From: a bacterium
Lineage (GTDB): Bacteria > Patescibacteriota > Minisyncoccia > Moranbacterales > UBA2206
Direction: 5' to 3'
Assembly: GCA_021785125.1 (NCBI GenBank)
Contig: JAJYGF010000015.1
Location: 17,482 to 81,481, forward strand
DNA: 64,000 nt
The translations under genes were made by a program, and so were the position numbers. Shown here piece after piece: positions 8,845 through 17,842 of the stretch. Under the pieces are notes generated by a model. That model did no database searches. It saw only the letters and a list, made by a program, of their open reading frames with translations, and had not been told where the DNA came from. Positions within the stretch are counted from its first letter, which is position 1. The number at the start of each line of letters is the position of its first letter.

Positions 8845-9252
8845 ATGTCGCGAGTTTTGATTTTAAACAAATCCGTGGCCGGCGATGCCGGCAATCGGAT
8901 ACGTCGAAGATCTGCAATTTCAGGCAGCCGATTTTCATTCGGAAAGGTATCCGCTTCATCCGGCAGTGCGCGGATAAATTTGGTTTCGCTGACTTTCACG
9001 CTGATTGTCGGCATGGTAGTCGGCTCCGGTTTTTATTTGTATCAAGTAAACGACATCGCGACCAAAAATTACGAAATTCGCGATATTGAAAATAAGATTC
9101 ACGATCTTAATAAAGAGAGCAAAAAAATGGAAATTCAGGAAGTTGGGCTACAATCCATGGACAACATAGAAAAGGCGTCGCAAAGCTTGAACTTGGTAAG
9201 TTCAACCGATATTTCGTATGTCCAAGTGAATGGACCGATGGCGATGAGATAG
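8845..9252 (+). CDS. ftsL: FtsL-like cell division protein (bitopic, coiled coil)
   Basis: position between rsmH and ftsI; single TM LVSLTFTLIVGMVVGSGFYLY followed by coiled-coil. Confidence 0.5.
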   Translation: MSRVLILNKSVAGDAGNRIRRRSAISGSRFSFGKVSASSGSARINLVSLTFTLIVGMVVGSGFYLYQVNDIATKNYEIRDIENKIHDLNKESKKMEIQEVGLQSMDNIEKASQSLNLVSSTDISYVQVNGPMAMR

Positions 9253-9265
9253 TTTCTTAATATCT

Positions 9266-9309
9266 TTGCTAAGGCTAAACCTTAGCGCGCTAAGGTTTAG
9301 CCTTAGCAA
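9266..9309. repeat. 44-bp perfect palindrome TTGCTAAGGCTAAACCTTAGCG|CGCTAAGGTTTAGCCTTAGCAA
   Basis: read directly; each arm is itself a near-palindrome (CTAAGG..CCTTAG). Confidence 0.85.
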
Positions 9310-9323
9310 ATTTAGTTATCTTA

Positions 9324-11204
9324 ATGCCAGCAGTTATAAAAAAACATCTGAAAGAAATTAAGGATTGGAGAATACGCGTTCTGTTTTTTTTATTTTTGGT
9401 GATCGTGCTGGCGGTTGTATCGCGTCTTTTCGTCCTGCAAGTTTCAGAACATGATGAATATCGCGCTCTGGCGTATGGAGAGCATTCTTTTTTTCAAAAT
9501 TTGATACCCAAACGCGGCGAGATATATATGCAAGACAAAGACGGCCCGTATCTGGTAGCGGTAAATCGAGATACCCAGATGGTTTACGCGGTGCCTAAAG
9601 AGGTGACGGATGCTGATGCTGACGCGCTGGCCTTGGCACCGGTTTTGCAGATGGATGCCAATGATCTGAAGGTGAAATTATCCAAGCCCGATGACATGTA
9701 TGAACCACTCGAGCATCGCTTGAGCGATGATCAAATCGGTCGGATAAAAAATCTGAATTTAAAAGGCATTCATCTGGTGGACGAATCATATCGATATTAT
9801 CCCTCGAACGAATTGGGCTCCAATTTGTTGGGATTTGTTGGTTGGAAGGGCAATACGTTGGAAGGGCGCTACGGATTCGAAGCTTATTACGATTCGAAAT
9901 TAAGCGGTCAAGCCGGAACGGTATTTGGTCAGCGTGATGCGGCGGGAAAATTGCTGGATATGGGCGGCAAACAAGATATCACTCAAGCCAAAGACGGAGA
10001 TTCGTTTATTTTGTCCGTGGATCACATCGTTCAGTATCAGGCCGAAAAGATCCTTAAAAACGCGATTAGCAAGTACGCGGCTGAAAGCGGAAATATAACT
10101 GTGATGGATCCGAATACCGGAAAAATCCTGGCGATGGCCAGTTACCCGACGTTCGATCCGAATAACTATTCAAAAGTGTCGGATATAAGCGTATTTCGCA
10201 ACCAGCCGGTAAATGAGACGTATGAGCCCGGCAGCGTTTTTAAGGCCATAACAATGGCGGCGGGATTGGATGAAGGCAAAATCACGCCTGATTCGACTTA
10301 TATAGACACCGGCGAGGTTAAAGATGCTGGCTATACTATCCATAATGCTTTGTTGAAAGCCTATGGATTGCAGACGATGACCAATGTTTTGGAGAAATCT
10401 TTGAATACCGGAGTGATCCACGTTGAACAGCTGATCGGCAATAAAAATTTTGCCGATTATGTCAGAAGATTCGGTTTTGGCCAGCCGACCGGCATAGATC
10501 TCATGGGGGAAGCGCCCGGCAATATCGGAAATCTGAATAATTTGAACAGCGACATCCAATTTTATACGGCTGCGTTCGGACAAGGCATTACGGTTACGCC
10601 GATTCAGCTAGCTGCGGCGTATAGCGCTATTGCTAACGGTGGAACCTTGATGAAGCCGGAAATGGTTGATAAAATCAAGCATCCTGACGGTACGGAAGAA
10701 TCAGTCGAGCCTGAAATTATCCGGCGCGTCATTTCGCAACAATCCGCGGCTGAAGACGCCCAGATGTTGCACAGCGTTGTGGTAAACGGAGAAGGCAAAC
10801 AAGCAGGCGTGCCGGGCTATCTGGTGGCGGGAAAAACTGGAACGGCGCAGGTGGCCAGCGCCGATTCGCGCGGTTACTCGCAAAATCAAACGATCGGTTC
10901 TTTTGCCGGTTTTGCTCCATTGAATAATCCTAAGTTCACAATGGTGGTAAGTTTGACAGATCCCAAGAATGTGGTGTGGGCGGAATCGAGCGCCGCTCCC
11001 GTCTTTGGAGAAATGATGAAATTTTTGCTAGACTATTATGACGTAGGACCGACGGAAGCTTATACGCAAAAAGACATGGATGTTTTTAATCAGAATCACG
11101 ATCTGGCGCAATATCAGTCGACCGGCCAGAATCTGGACGTGACTGCCGGCAGCACCTCGGCATCGGCTTTAAATTCCGCCGGCAACAGCGGACAAAATCA
11201 ATGA
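9324..11204 (+). CDS. ftsI: peptidoglycan D,D-transpeptidase FtsI / class B penicillin-binding protein
   Basis: 626 aa; N-terminal TM, SVFK (SxxK), SLN, KTGT motifs. Confidence 0.85.
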   Translation: MPAVIKKHLKEIKDWRIRVLFFLFLVIVLAVVSRLFVLQVSEHDEYRALAYGEHSFFQNLIPKRGEIYMQDKDGPYLVAVNRDTQMVYAVPKEVTDADADALALAPVLQMDANDLKVKLSKPDDMYEPLEHRLSDDQIGRIKNLNLKGIHLVDESYRYYPSNELGSNLLGFVGWKGNTLEGRYGFEAYYDSKLSGQAGTVFGQRDAAGKLLDMGGKQDITQAKDGDSFILSVDHIVQYQAEKILKNAISKYAAESGNITVMDPNTGKILAMASYPTFDPNNYSKVSDISVFRNQPVNETYEPGSVFKAITMAAGLDEGKITPDSTYIDTGEVKDAGYTIHNALLKAYGLQTMTNVLEKSLNTGVIHVEQLIGNKNFADYVRRFGFGQPTGIDLMGEAPGNIGNLNNLNSDIQFYTAAFGQGITVTPIQLAAAYSAIANGGTLMKPEMVDKIKHPDGTEESVEPEIIRRVISQQSAAEDAQMLHSVVVNGEGKQAGVPGYLVAGKTGTAQVASADSRGYSQNQTIGSFAGFAPLNNPKFTMVVSLTDPKNVVWAESSAAPVFGEMMKFLLDYYDVGPTEAYTQKDMDVFNQNHDLAQYQSTGQNLDVTAGSTSASALNSAGNSGQNQ

Positions 11205-12511
11205 AAGACGACAAGAGTAAAAAAATATTGATATTGCAGAAAGTTCTCAAGCTGATGGCAGGCTTGGTGTTGAAGAAATATAATCCGAAAATTGTCGGCA
11301 TAACCGGTTCGGTCGGAAAAACTTCCGCTAAAGAGGCGATATTTATTGTTTTGGCCAGCAAGTTCCGCGTCCGCCGCAACGAAAAGAACTATAACAATGA
11401 AATTGGGCTGCCTCTGACGATCATCGGGGCTGATAGTGGAGAAAATTCGCTGTGGAGATGGTTTTTGGTATTTTTGAAATGGCTGTGGATCATGCTCATG
11501 CCTATGGAATATCCGGAGATCCTGGTCTTGGAGATGGGAGCTGATCGGCCGGGAGATATAAGATATCTGACTAGCTTAATCAAATCTGACGCCGGTGTGA
11601 TTACCGAAATTTCTTCCAGCCATGTTGAATTTTTTAAAGATGTGGAAGGCGTGGCCAAGGAGAAAGGAGTACTGGTCAAGGAATTGGGCAGGAAAAGTCT
11701 GGCGATTCTGAATGCCGACAATCCATATACTTTCAGAATGAAGGATCAGGCGAAGGGCAATGTGATTACTTTCGGATTTTCTGAAAATGCTGATATGCGC
11801 GCGACGGACATTTCTTTCAGTTACGCTTCGAACCATGATTTGCGCGGATTGAGTTTCAAATTGAATTATAAAGGCACTACTATTCCGGTCAGGTTGAACA
11901 ATGTGTTGGCCCGGCATCAGATCTATTCTGCTTTGGCCGGAGCGGCTGTGGGCGTCGGCTTCGGAATAAATTTGGTTGAGGCCGCGTCTGCGCTGGAAAA
12001 CTTTTCATTGCCTTGCGGCCGTATGAATCTGATTGAAGGAATTGGAGGCGCTTTTATCATAGATGATACGTATAACTCTTCTCCGGCCGCGATTTTGGCC
12101 GCGTTAGAAACATTGGGGGAGATAAAAGCCGCCAGAAAAATCGCGGTGCTGGGGGATATGTTGGAGTTGGGAGCCGAGACGGAAGAAAAGCATAGGGTGG
12201 CCGGAAAAAAATTTCTGGAAACTGGTGGAGATATATTTTTCGCCGTGGGCAAAAGGATGCGATTTGCCGGCAAAGAATTGGAAAGAAACAATTTTCCGAA
12301 AGGGCGGATATTTTATTTCTCCGATCCGATGGAAGCCGGAGAAAAACTGAAATCTATTGTCCGCGAGAGAGACCTTGTTTTGGTGAAAGGTTCGCAAGGC
12401 ATGCGTATGGAAAAGGTGGTTGAAGAAATTATGGCCAGGCCGGAAAAGGCAAGCGAGTTATTATGTCGGCAAAGCCGAAATTGGAAGAGCATACCGTTCA
12501 AGTCTGTGTGA
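11201..12511 (+). CDS. murF: UDP-N-acetylmuramoyl-tripeptide--D-alanyl-D-alanine ligase
   Basis: VGITGSVGKTSAKE Mur-ligase P-loop, 436 aa, overlaps ftsI stop (ATGA). Confidence 0.8.
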   Translation: MKDDKSKKILILQKVLKLMAGLVLKKYNPKIVGITGSVGKTSAKEAIFIVLASKFRVRRNEKNYNNEIGLPLTIIGADSGENSLWRWFLVFLKWLWIMLMPMEYPEILVLEMGADRPGDIRYLTSLIKSDAGVITEISSSHVEFFKDVEGVAKEKGVLVKELGRKSLAILNADNPYTFRMKDQAKGNVITFGFSENADMRATDISFSYASNHDLRGLSFKLNYKGTTIPVRLNNVLARHQIYSALAGAAVGVGFGINLVEAASALENFSLPCGRMNLIEGIGGAFIIDDTYNSSPAAILAALETLGEIKAARKIAVLGDMLELGAETEEKHRVAGKKFLETGGDIFFAVGKRMRFAGKELERNNFPKGRIFYFSDPMEAGEKLKSIVRERDLVLVKGSQGMRMEKVVEEIMARPEKASELLCRQSRNWKSIPFKSV

Positions 12512-12666
12512 TCGGGCGGCTGTCCGTTTATCCACATTTACAAATTCCAGAGTAGTGCTATAGTTTGACTATGAAGTTTTGCATATGATAGCCGTCTGTC
12601 AAACAAAAATAAAACAGGGGAGAAATAGGGTAACTGTTTCGAATTGTGAAAATTTTGATAATGACT

Positions 12667-12693
12667 AACAGCTCTTCGGAGTTGTTTTTTTTG
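12667..12693 (+). terminator. intrinsic terminator AACAGCTC-TTCG-GAGTTGTT + T8
   Basis: hairpin with one G-U pair then TTTTTTTT. Confidence 0.5.
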
Positions 12694-12741
12694 TTGCAAA
12701 GTTCCTTAAAATTAAAACGACAACTTGATTGGAGGTGCTCC

Positions 12742-12987
12742 ATGATTGAAAGCATCCGGCAGAAGTTTTTTTCGCGCTTCCGCGAGGAGCGCGTCATCGC
12801 TTTTATCCAGCGGGTAAATTTTATTCCCGCTAAGATGAAATATTGTCCGGAATTTATCCAGGGAGTTTCCGATTTTATCTGTTGGCACATTCTTACTCCT
12901 GTCGCCCGGCTGATTTTTTTCCTGCCGAGAAGGAGTAGGACCCGATCGTTCGGAGGTATTTGTGTCAGAACCAACGCGAAAAGCTGA
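12742..12987 (+). CDS. 81-aa Arg-rich hypothetical protein (coding status uncertain)
   Basis: GGAGGT RBS 7 nt upstream of ATG; region unusually GC-rich with several hairpins; overlaps GTG-initiated ORF 12962..13156 that also has GGAGGT RBS. Confidence 0.3.
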   Translation: MIESIRQKFFSRFREERVIAFIQRVNFIPAKMKYCPEFIQGVSDFICWHILTPVARLIFFLPRRSRTRSFGGICVRTNAKS

Positions 12988-13145
12988 CCCGGGGCCGGCA
13001 AAGGAATGTCCAAAAGGCTATGGAAACCTATGTTCTTCTCATTTCATAGGTATTTGTATCATTGACTACATTGCCGGCTTGTCGGAAGAGCAGCTGCTCC
13101 AACTTATTTCGGGAGATCCATCTGGACCCGAGGAACTGTCGTATG

Positions 13146-13178
13146 AACCCTGTTAGCAACTGCTCGCAGGGTTTTTTG
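13146..13178 (+). terminator. intrinsic terminator ACCCTG..CAGGGT + T6
   Basis: AACCCTGTTAGCAACTGCTCGCAGGGTTTTTTG. Confidence 0.55.
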
Positions 13179-13223
13179 TTGATTTTTTTCTTAATTTCTG
13201 TAAAATACGATTATTGCCAATTT

Positions 13224-13299
13224 GCCGCGTTCGTCTAGTCCGGTCCAGGACGCCAGGTTCTCATCCTGGAAATCATGGGTTCGAATCCCATACGCGGTA
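13224..13299 (+). tRNA. tRNA-Glu (anticodon CUC)
   Basis: cloverleaf folded by hand: acceptor GCCGCGU/ACGCGGU (G1-U72 wobble), D-stem GUCU/GGAC, anticodon stem CCAGG/CCUGG loop UUCUCAU, T-arm AUGGG-UUCGAAU-CCCAU. Confidence 0.85.
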
Positions 13300-13325
13300 C
13301 GGAAAGCGGTTTAAGAATTATTTTT

Positions 13326-14396
13326 ATGAATGCCAAAAAAACTCTTGATAAATTCAAGAAAAAAATCGATCCGCGCCTGGAGAAATATTTTCGGAAAAAG
13401 CTGAAAGAAGCGGGCAAGATCGATCTGATCGCCGAAGAGACGGTCCGTATGATCAAAGACTATACGATGGCGGGGGGGAAGAGGATTCGGCCGGCTTTTT
13501 TGTATTTCGCATACCTGGCTGCCGGCGGCAAAGACGTTGAAAAAATTCTGGAAGCATCCATGAGCATCGAACTGTTGCACTCGTTCCTTCTCATTCATGA
13601 CGACATTATCGATCGGGATCCTAGCCGTCATGGGGTGGACACCATTCATGAAAGGTTCAAAAAAGTCGGCAAAAAATACAGGGTCGGCAAAGATCACGAA
13701 CATTTCGGAAACTCGATGGCTATGATGACCGGAGACATGACCGCGGCTATGGCGAGCGAAATTATTTTTAATTCCAAATTTTCCGCTGACGATATAATCC
13801 GAGCCTTAGATAAGCTGCAGGATATCGTTTTTGTGACCGTGCCAGGTGAAATGCTAGACGTCATCATGCAATATTCCGGAGCGGCGACCGAAGAGTCGAT
13901 CTTGAAAATGTACGAAGGCAAGACCGCCAGGTACACTTTCGAAGGGCCGTTGCACCTGGGTTGTTTATTGGCTGGAGGCGACATAAGAATGCTGGAGCAT
14001 TTTTCCGATTACGCTTTGCCGCTGGGAAAGGCTTTCCAAATCCAGGATGATATTCTGGGAGTTTTCGGTTCGGAAAAAAAGATCGGCAAACCGGTCGGTT
14101 CCGACATCATCGAAGGCAAACAGACCATCATTATCGTCAAAGCGCTGGAAATCGGTTCGTCCGAACAGAAAGCGATTATCAGAAAATATTTCAAAAAGAC
14201 CAATTTGAGTCGTAAGGAATTGGAAACGCTGCGCGAAATCATCGCCAAGACCGGTTCATTGAAATATTCTCAAGATCTGGCGGCCGGACTTATAAACGAA
14301 GCGAAGAACGCGCTGGACAGGATGGAATTTAAGAGCGAGAACGCCAAGGCGTTTTTTTATGGCATAGCCGATTATATGCTCGAACGGGAAATATGA
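13326..14396 (+). CDS. polyprenyl diphosphate synthase (trans-IPPS, GGPP/FPP synthase family)
   Basis: FARM LIHDDIIDRD and SARM FQIQDDILG motifs; longer ORF from 13275 overlaps tRNA so ATG 13326 chosen. Confidence 0.85.
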   Translation: MNAKKTLDKFKKKIDPRLEKYFRKKLKEAGKIDLIAEETVRMIKDYTMAGGKRIRPAFLYFAYLAAGGKDVEKILEASMSIELLHSFLLIHDDIIDRDPSRHGVDTIHERFKKVGKKYRVGKDHEHFGNSMAMMTGDMTAAMASEIIFNSKFSADDIIRALDKLQDIVFVTVPGEMLDVIMQYSGAATEESILKMYEGKTARYTFEGPLHLGCLLAGGDIRMLEHFSDYALPLGKAFQIQDDILGVFGSEKKIGKPVGSDIIEGKQTIIIVKALEIGSSEQKAIIRKYFKKTNLSRKELETLREIIAKTGSLKYSQDLAAGLINEAKNALDRMEFKSENAKAFFYGIADYMLEREI

Positions 14397-14412
14397 TTTA
14401 TGACATATCTAT

Positions 14413-15468
14413 ATGATTAAAAGAAGAAAGACCAAAAAAATAAAAGTAGGCGACATTTTTATCGGAGGAAACGCTCCGGTTGTCGTCCAGTCCATGTGCA
14501 ATGTTGATACGCGCGACGTGGAAAAAACGGTGACGCAGATCAAGGCGCTGATGGCGGCTGGATGCGAGATGGTGAGGTTGGCCGTACCGGACATGGAAGC
14601 GGCCGGAGCGATCGGCAAGATAAGAAAAAAAGTCAGAATTCCGATCGTGGCGGATATTCATTTTTCACATCAGCTGGCCTTGGAAGCGATACGACAAGGC
14701 GTAGATAAATTACGCATCAATCCGGGAAACATAGGCAACGAAGATAAGATCAAGGAGGTGGTGCTAGCGGCCAAAAAGAAAAAAATACCCATCCGTATCG
14801 GTATCAACGGCGGATCTCTGGAAAAAGATATCCTGGAAAAGTATAATGGCCGGGTGACTGCCGAGGCGATGGTCGAATCGGCCATGCGCCATATCAAGAT
14901 CCTGGAGAAATATAAATTCAAAAATATTTTGGTTTCGCTCAAAGCGTCGGACATAGAAAGAACCGTCGAAGCTTATGAGCTTTTGGCCAAAAAAGTCGAT
15001 TATCCGTTCCATATAGGAGTGACGGAGGCCGGCACTTCTTTTCGCGGGACGATTATGTCTTCGATCGGCTTGGGACATCTTCTCTACGAAGGCATAGGTG
15101 ACACTTTGCGCGTTTCTTTGACGGCCGATCCGGTGGAAGAAGTGAAGGTGGCTTGGGAAATTCTAAAATCGTTGAAAATCAGAAAAAGAGGCATAACCGT
15201 GACAAGTTGTCCGACATGCGGCCGTACCCAGATCGATCTGGTCGGCTTAGCTAAAAAAGTGGAAGATGCCATGCAATCGATCGATAAAGACATCCATGTG
15301 GCGGTCATGGGCTGCGTGGTAAACGGGCCGGGAGAATCGCGTGAAGCGGATTTGGCCATCATTGGCGGAAAGAGCGTGGGACTTATTACTAAAAAGGGGC
15401 GGATAATTAAAAAAGTTGATGAGTCGGACCTGTTGGAAGAATTTGTTGAGGAAGTGAAAAGATTTTAG
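14413..15468 (+). CDS. ispG: 4-hydroxy-3-methylbut-2-enyl diphosphate synthase (MEP pathway)
   Basis: KVGDIFIGGNAPVVVQSMCNVDT..., CPTCGR, C-terminal Cys cluster; 351 aa. Confidence 0.9.
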   Translation: MIKRRKTKKIKVGDIFIGGNAPVVVQSMCNVDTRDVEKTVTQIKALMAAGCEMVRLAVPDMEAAGAIGKIRKKVRIPIVADIHFSHQLALEAIRQGVDKLRINPGNIGNEDKIKEVVLAAKKKKIPIRIGINGGSLEKDILEKYNGRVTAEAMVESAMRHIKILEKYKFKNILVSLKASDIERTVEAYELLAKKVDYPFHIGVTEAGTSFRGTIMSSIGLGHLLYEGIGDTLRVSLTADPVEEVKVAWEILKSLKIRKRGITVTSCPTCGRTQIDLVGLAKKVEDAMQSIDKDIHVAVMGCVVNGPGESREADLAIIGGKSVGLITKKGRIIKKVDESDLLEEFVEEVKRF

Positions 15469-15576
15469 TTTTATTCGAAATTTCCCTAAAATTGTAAATT
15501 TTTTTGGATTTTTATTTCTGTGCTTTGCATTTTTCAGACTTTTGCCTATTTTTTGGTTTTAAGGTAGAATCCATTT

Positions 15577-16293
15577 ATGAATAAGGAAAAACTTGAAATG
15601 TTGCCGCATCATCTGGCCATTATTCCGGATGGCAACCGGCGATGGGCTAAAGCAAAAGGAATGAAACCCTGGGAGGGGCATGAAGCCGGCGCGGAAAATA
15701 CGGAAAACCTCATCCGGTGGACTCTTGGCAAAGGCGTGGCTTGCATTACTTTCTGGGGTTCTTCACTGGATAATCTGACCAGAAGGCCGCTGGCCGAAAA
15801 AAAAGCGTTACTCGATATTTACAAAAGATATTTCGACAAACTTTTGGAAAGCGAGGAAATTCATCAGCAGGAAGCGAAGGTGAACATCTTGGGCCGCTGG
15901 GAAGAACAATTTCCGGAATCGTTGAAGAACACCATATACAAGCTGATTGACAGGACGAAAAATTATAAGAAAAAAGCTTTGAATTTCATGCTGGCTTATA
16001 GCGGGGAGGACGACATGCTCTATGCCGTTCAAAAAATCGTAGATACTTATGGCAAAAATGTAAAAATTACGGGAAAGATTCTGAAGGAAAATCTGATGAC
16101 CGCGCAGTTGCCGGCAGTGGATTATCTGATCAGGACGGGCGGAGAGCCTCATTTTTCCTCCGGTTTCATGATGTGGGATGTCGCCAACGTGCAATTATTT
16201 TTTTCCGACGAAAAATACCCCGATTTTAACGAAGAAAAATTGGAAGAAGCGTTGGCGGAATTTGCTAAAAGACAAAGAAGGTTGGGGAAATAG
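15577..16293 (+). CDS. uppS: undecaprenyl diphosphate synthase (cis-prenyltransferase)
   Basis: HLAIIPDGNRRWAKAKG, 238 aa. Confidence 0.9.
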   Translation: MNKEKLEMLPHHLAIIPDGNRRWAKAKGMKPWEGHEAGAENTENLIRWTLGKGVACITFWGSSLDNLTRRPLAEKKALLDIYKRYFDKLLESEEIHQQEAKVNILGRWEEQFPESLKNTIYKLIDRTKNYKKKALNFMLAYSGEDDMLYAVQKIVDTYGKNVKITGKILKENLMTAQLPAVDYLIRTGGEPHFSSGFMMWDVANVQLFFSDEKYPDFNEEKLEEALAEFAKRQRRLGK

Positions 16294-16323
16294 TGCAAAA
16301 ATTTTTTTGAATCCAATTTAAAT

Positions 16324-17445
16324 ATGCGCAGACTCGTCTTACTTTTCATATTATTACTCTTTCCGGTTTCCGTTTGGGCGCAAACTTCGGTTTCGACCGA
16401 TCGGTCGGCCGAAAAGAAGGCCGTTTACTTCTATCAGGAAACGTGCGAGCATTGCCAGAAAGTGAATGCCTATTTCGAATCCCAAGGCATCTATGGGAAA
16501 TACGATATCGAAAAAATCGAGACATCGGGAGCCGTCAATATCGCCCTTCTCAATAAATTTTTCGACGCTTTCAACATTCCGGCCGATAAGCGCGGTTTTC
16601 CGGTCATTTTTTTCGGTGACAAGGTCATTATCGGAGACCAGCCGATCATCAATGGTTTTGTCAAAGGAATAGATCAAACTGATGCTTCGCAATTTCCCAC
16701 GCCGGATTCGATCCGGAACGATCTGAAAAACGAAAATGTTGCAGCTCAGTCGAAAAAGGCGCCAGTGCCGACATCCTTGATCATCAGCGCGATCGGGGCG
16801 GCTTTGGTCGATGCGATTAATCCTTGCGCTTTAGCTGTCCTGATATTGCTTCTGGCGACGGTCATTGCGGCCAAAGGCAAGAATCAAGCGCTAATGTCCG
16901 GCTTGTTGTTCGCTTTTGCCGTCTTTCTTTCTTACTTTATGATGGGCTTGGGGGTGTATCGGGCCATAACGGTTTTCCGTCTTCCAACCTACATCTCTTT
17001 GGCCGTTGCGGTACTGGCGATTATGGTTGGATTGGCTAATCTTAAAGACGTGTTTTGGTATGGCAAAGGTTTTATTATGGAAGTTCCGCTTAGCTGGCGG
17101 CCGAAGATGCAAGCAGTCCTGAAAAGTGTAGCCAATCCGATCGGAGCTTTCGGAGCAGGATTCTTGATCAGTCTTTTTTTGGTGCCATGCGCCAGCGGTC
17201 CCTATGTCGTGATACTCGGCCTTCTGGCCGACAAAGTCAGTCCCGCCAAAACCATACTGTTGCTCATTTTGTATAACTTGGTTTTTGTACTGCCGATGAT
17301 AGTTATTACCGTAGCGATGTATTTCGGATCGCGCATGGGAACAATGGAGACTTGGCGCAAAAAAAATATCAAGATACTGCATGCTATTACTGGAACGGTC
17401 ATGCTTTTCATGGGCGTCTATCTTATTTACGGATGGTTAAAATAA
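16324..17445 (+). CDS. thioredoxin-domain-fused CcdA/DsbD-family thiol:disulfide interchange membrane protein
   Basis: signal peptide, periplasmic CEHC thioredoxin-like motif, then TM domain with INPCALAVL and LVPCASGPY cysteine motifs. Confidence 0.8.
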   Translation: MRRLVLLFILLLFPVSVWAQTSVSTDRSAEKKAVYFYQETCEHCQKVNAYFESQGIYGKYDIEKIETSGAVNIALLNKFFDAFNIPADKRGFPVIFFGDKVIIGDQPIINGFVKGIDQTDASQFPTPDSIRNDLKNENVAAQSKKAPVPTSLIISAIGAALVDAINPCALAVLILLLATVIAAKGKNQALMSGLLFAFAVFLSYFMMGLGVYRAITVFRLPTYISLAVAVLAIMVGLANLKDVFWYGKGFIMEVPLSWRPKMQAVLKSVANPIGAFGAGFLISLFLVPCASGPYVVILGLLADKVSPAKTILLLILYNLVFVLPMIVITVAMYFGSRMGTMETWRKKNIKILHAITGTVMLFMGVYLIYGWLK

Positions 17446-17501
17446 TAAGTAACAGGGTTGGGCGGGCCCAAACGGATAGGCTCGGACGACTTGAAAAAAT
17501 T

Positions 17502-17816
17502 ATGGCATATGAATTTACCGATCAAAATTTTGAAGCCGAGGTTTTAAAGAGCGGCCAGCCGGTGCTGGTCGATTTTTGGGCGCCTTGGTGCGGGCCTTGC
17601 CAGATGATGGGGCCGATAATCGAAAAGCTGGCGGGAGAGATCCGTGATAAAGCGAAAGTCGGCAAACTTAACGTGGATGAGAATCCGGAAACGGCATCTG
17701 CATATGGTGTGATGTCCATCCCGACCCTGAAAATTTTTAAGGATGGGAAAATCGTAAAAGAATTTATCGGAGTGCAGAACAAGGACGTGTTGAAAGAAGA
17801 GCTGAATAAAGTATAA
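17502..17816 (+). CDS. trxA: thioredoxin
   Basis: WAPWCGPCQMM active site; ORF track start 17352 is upstream extension, ATG 17502 MAYEFTDQNF chosen. Confidence 0.9.
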   Translation: MAYEFTDQNFEAEVLKSGQPVLVDFWAPWCGPCQMMGPIIEKLAGEIRDKAKVGKLNVDENPETASAYGVMSIPTLKIFKDGKIVKEFIGVQNKDVLKEELNKV

Positions 17817-17842
17817 TTCAAAATTATAAATTAAGTCTTTTT

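Noticed and set aside
8178-9014. 278-aa minus-strand ORF overlapping rsmH and ftsL
   Set aside because: It is antisense to two well-supported dcw genes and has no motif or RBS.
12558-13013. 151-aa minus-strand ORF in the murF/tRNA-Glu spacer
   Set aside because: It overlaps two plus-strand terminators and the RBS-bearing plus ORFs. Its composition is low-complexity.
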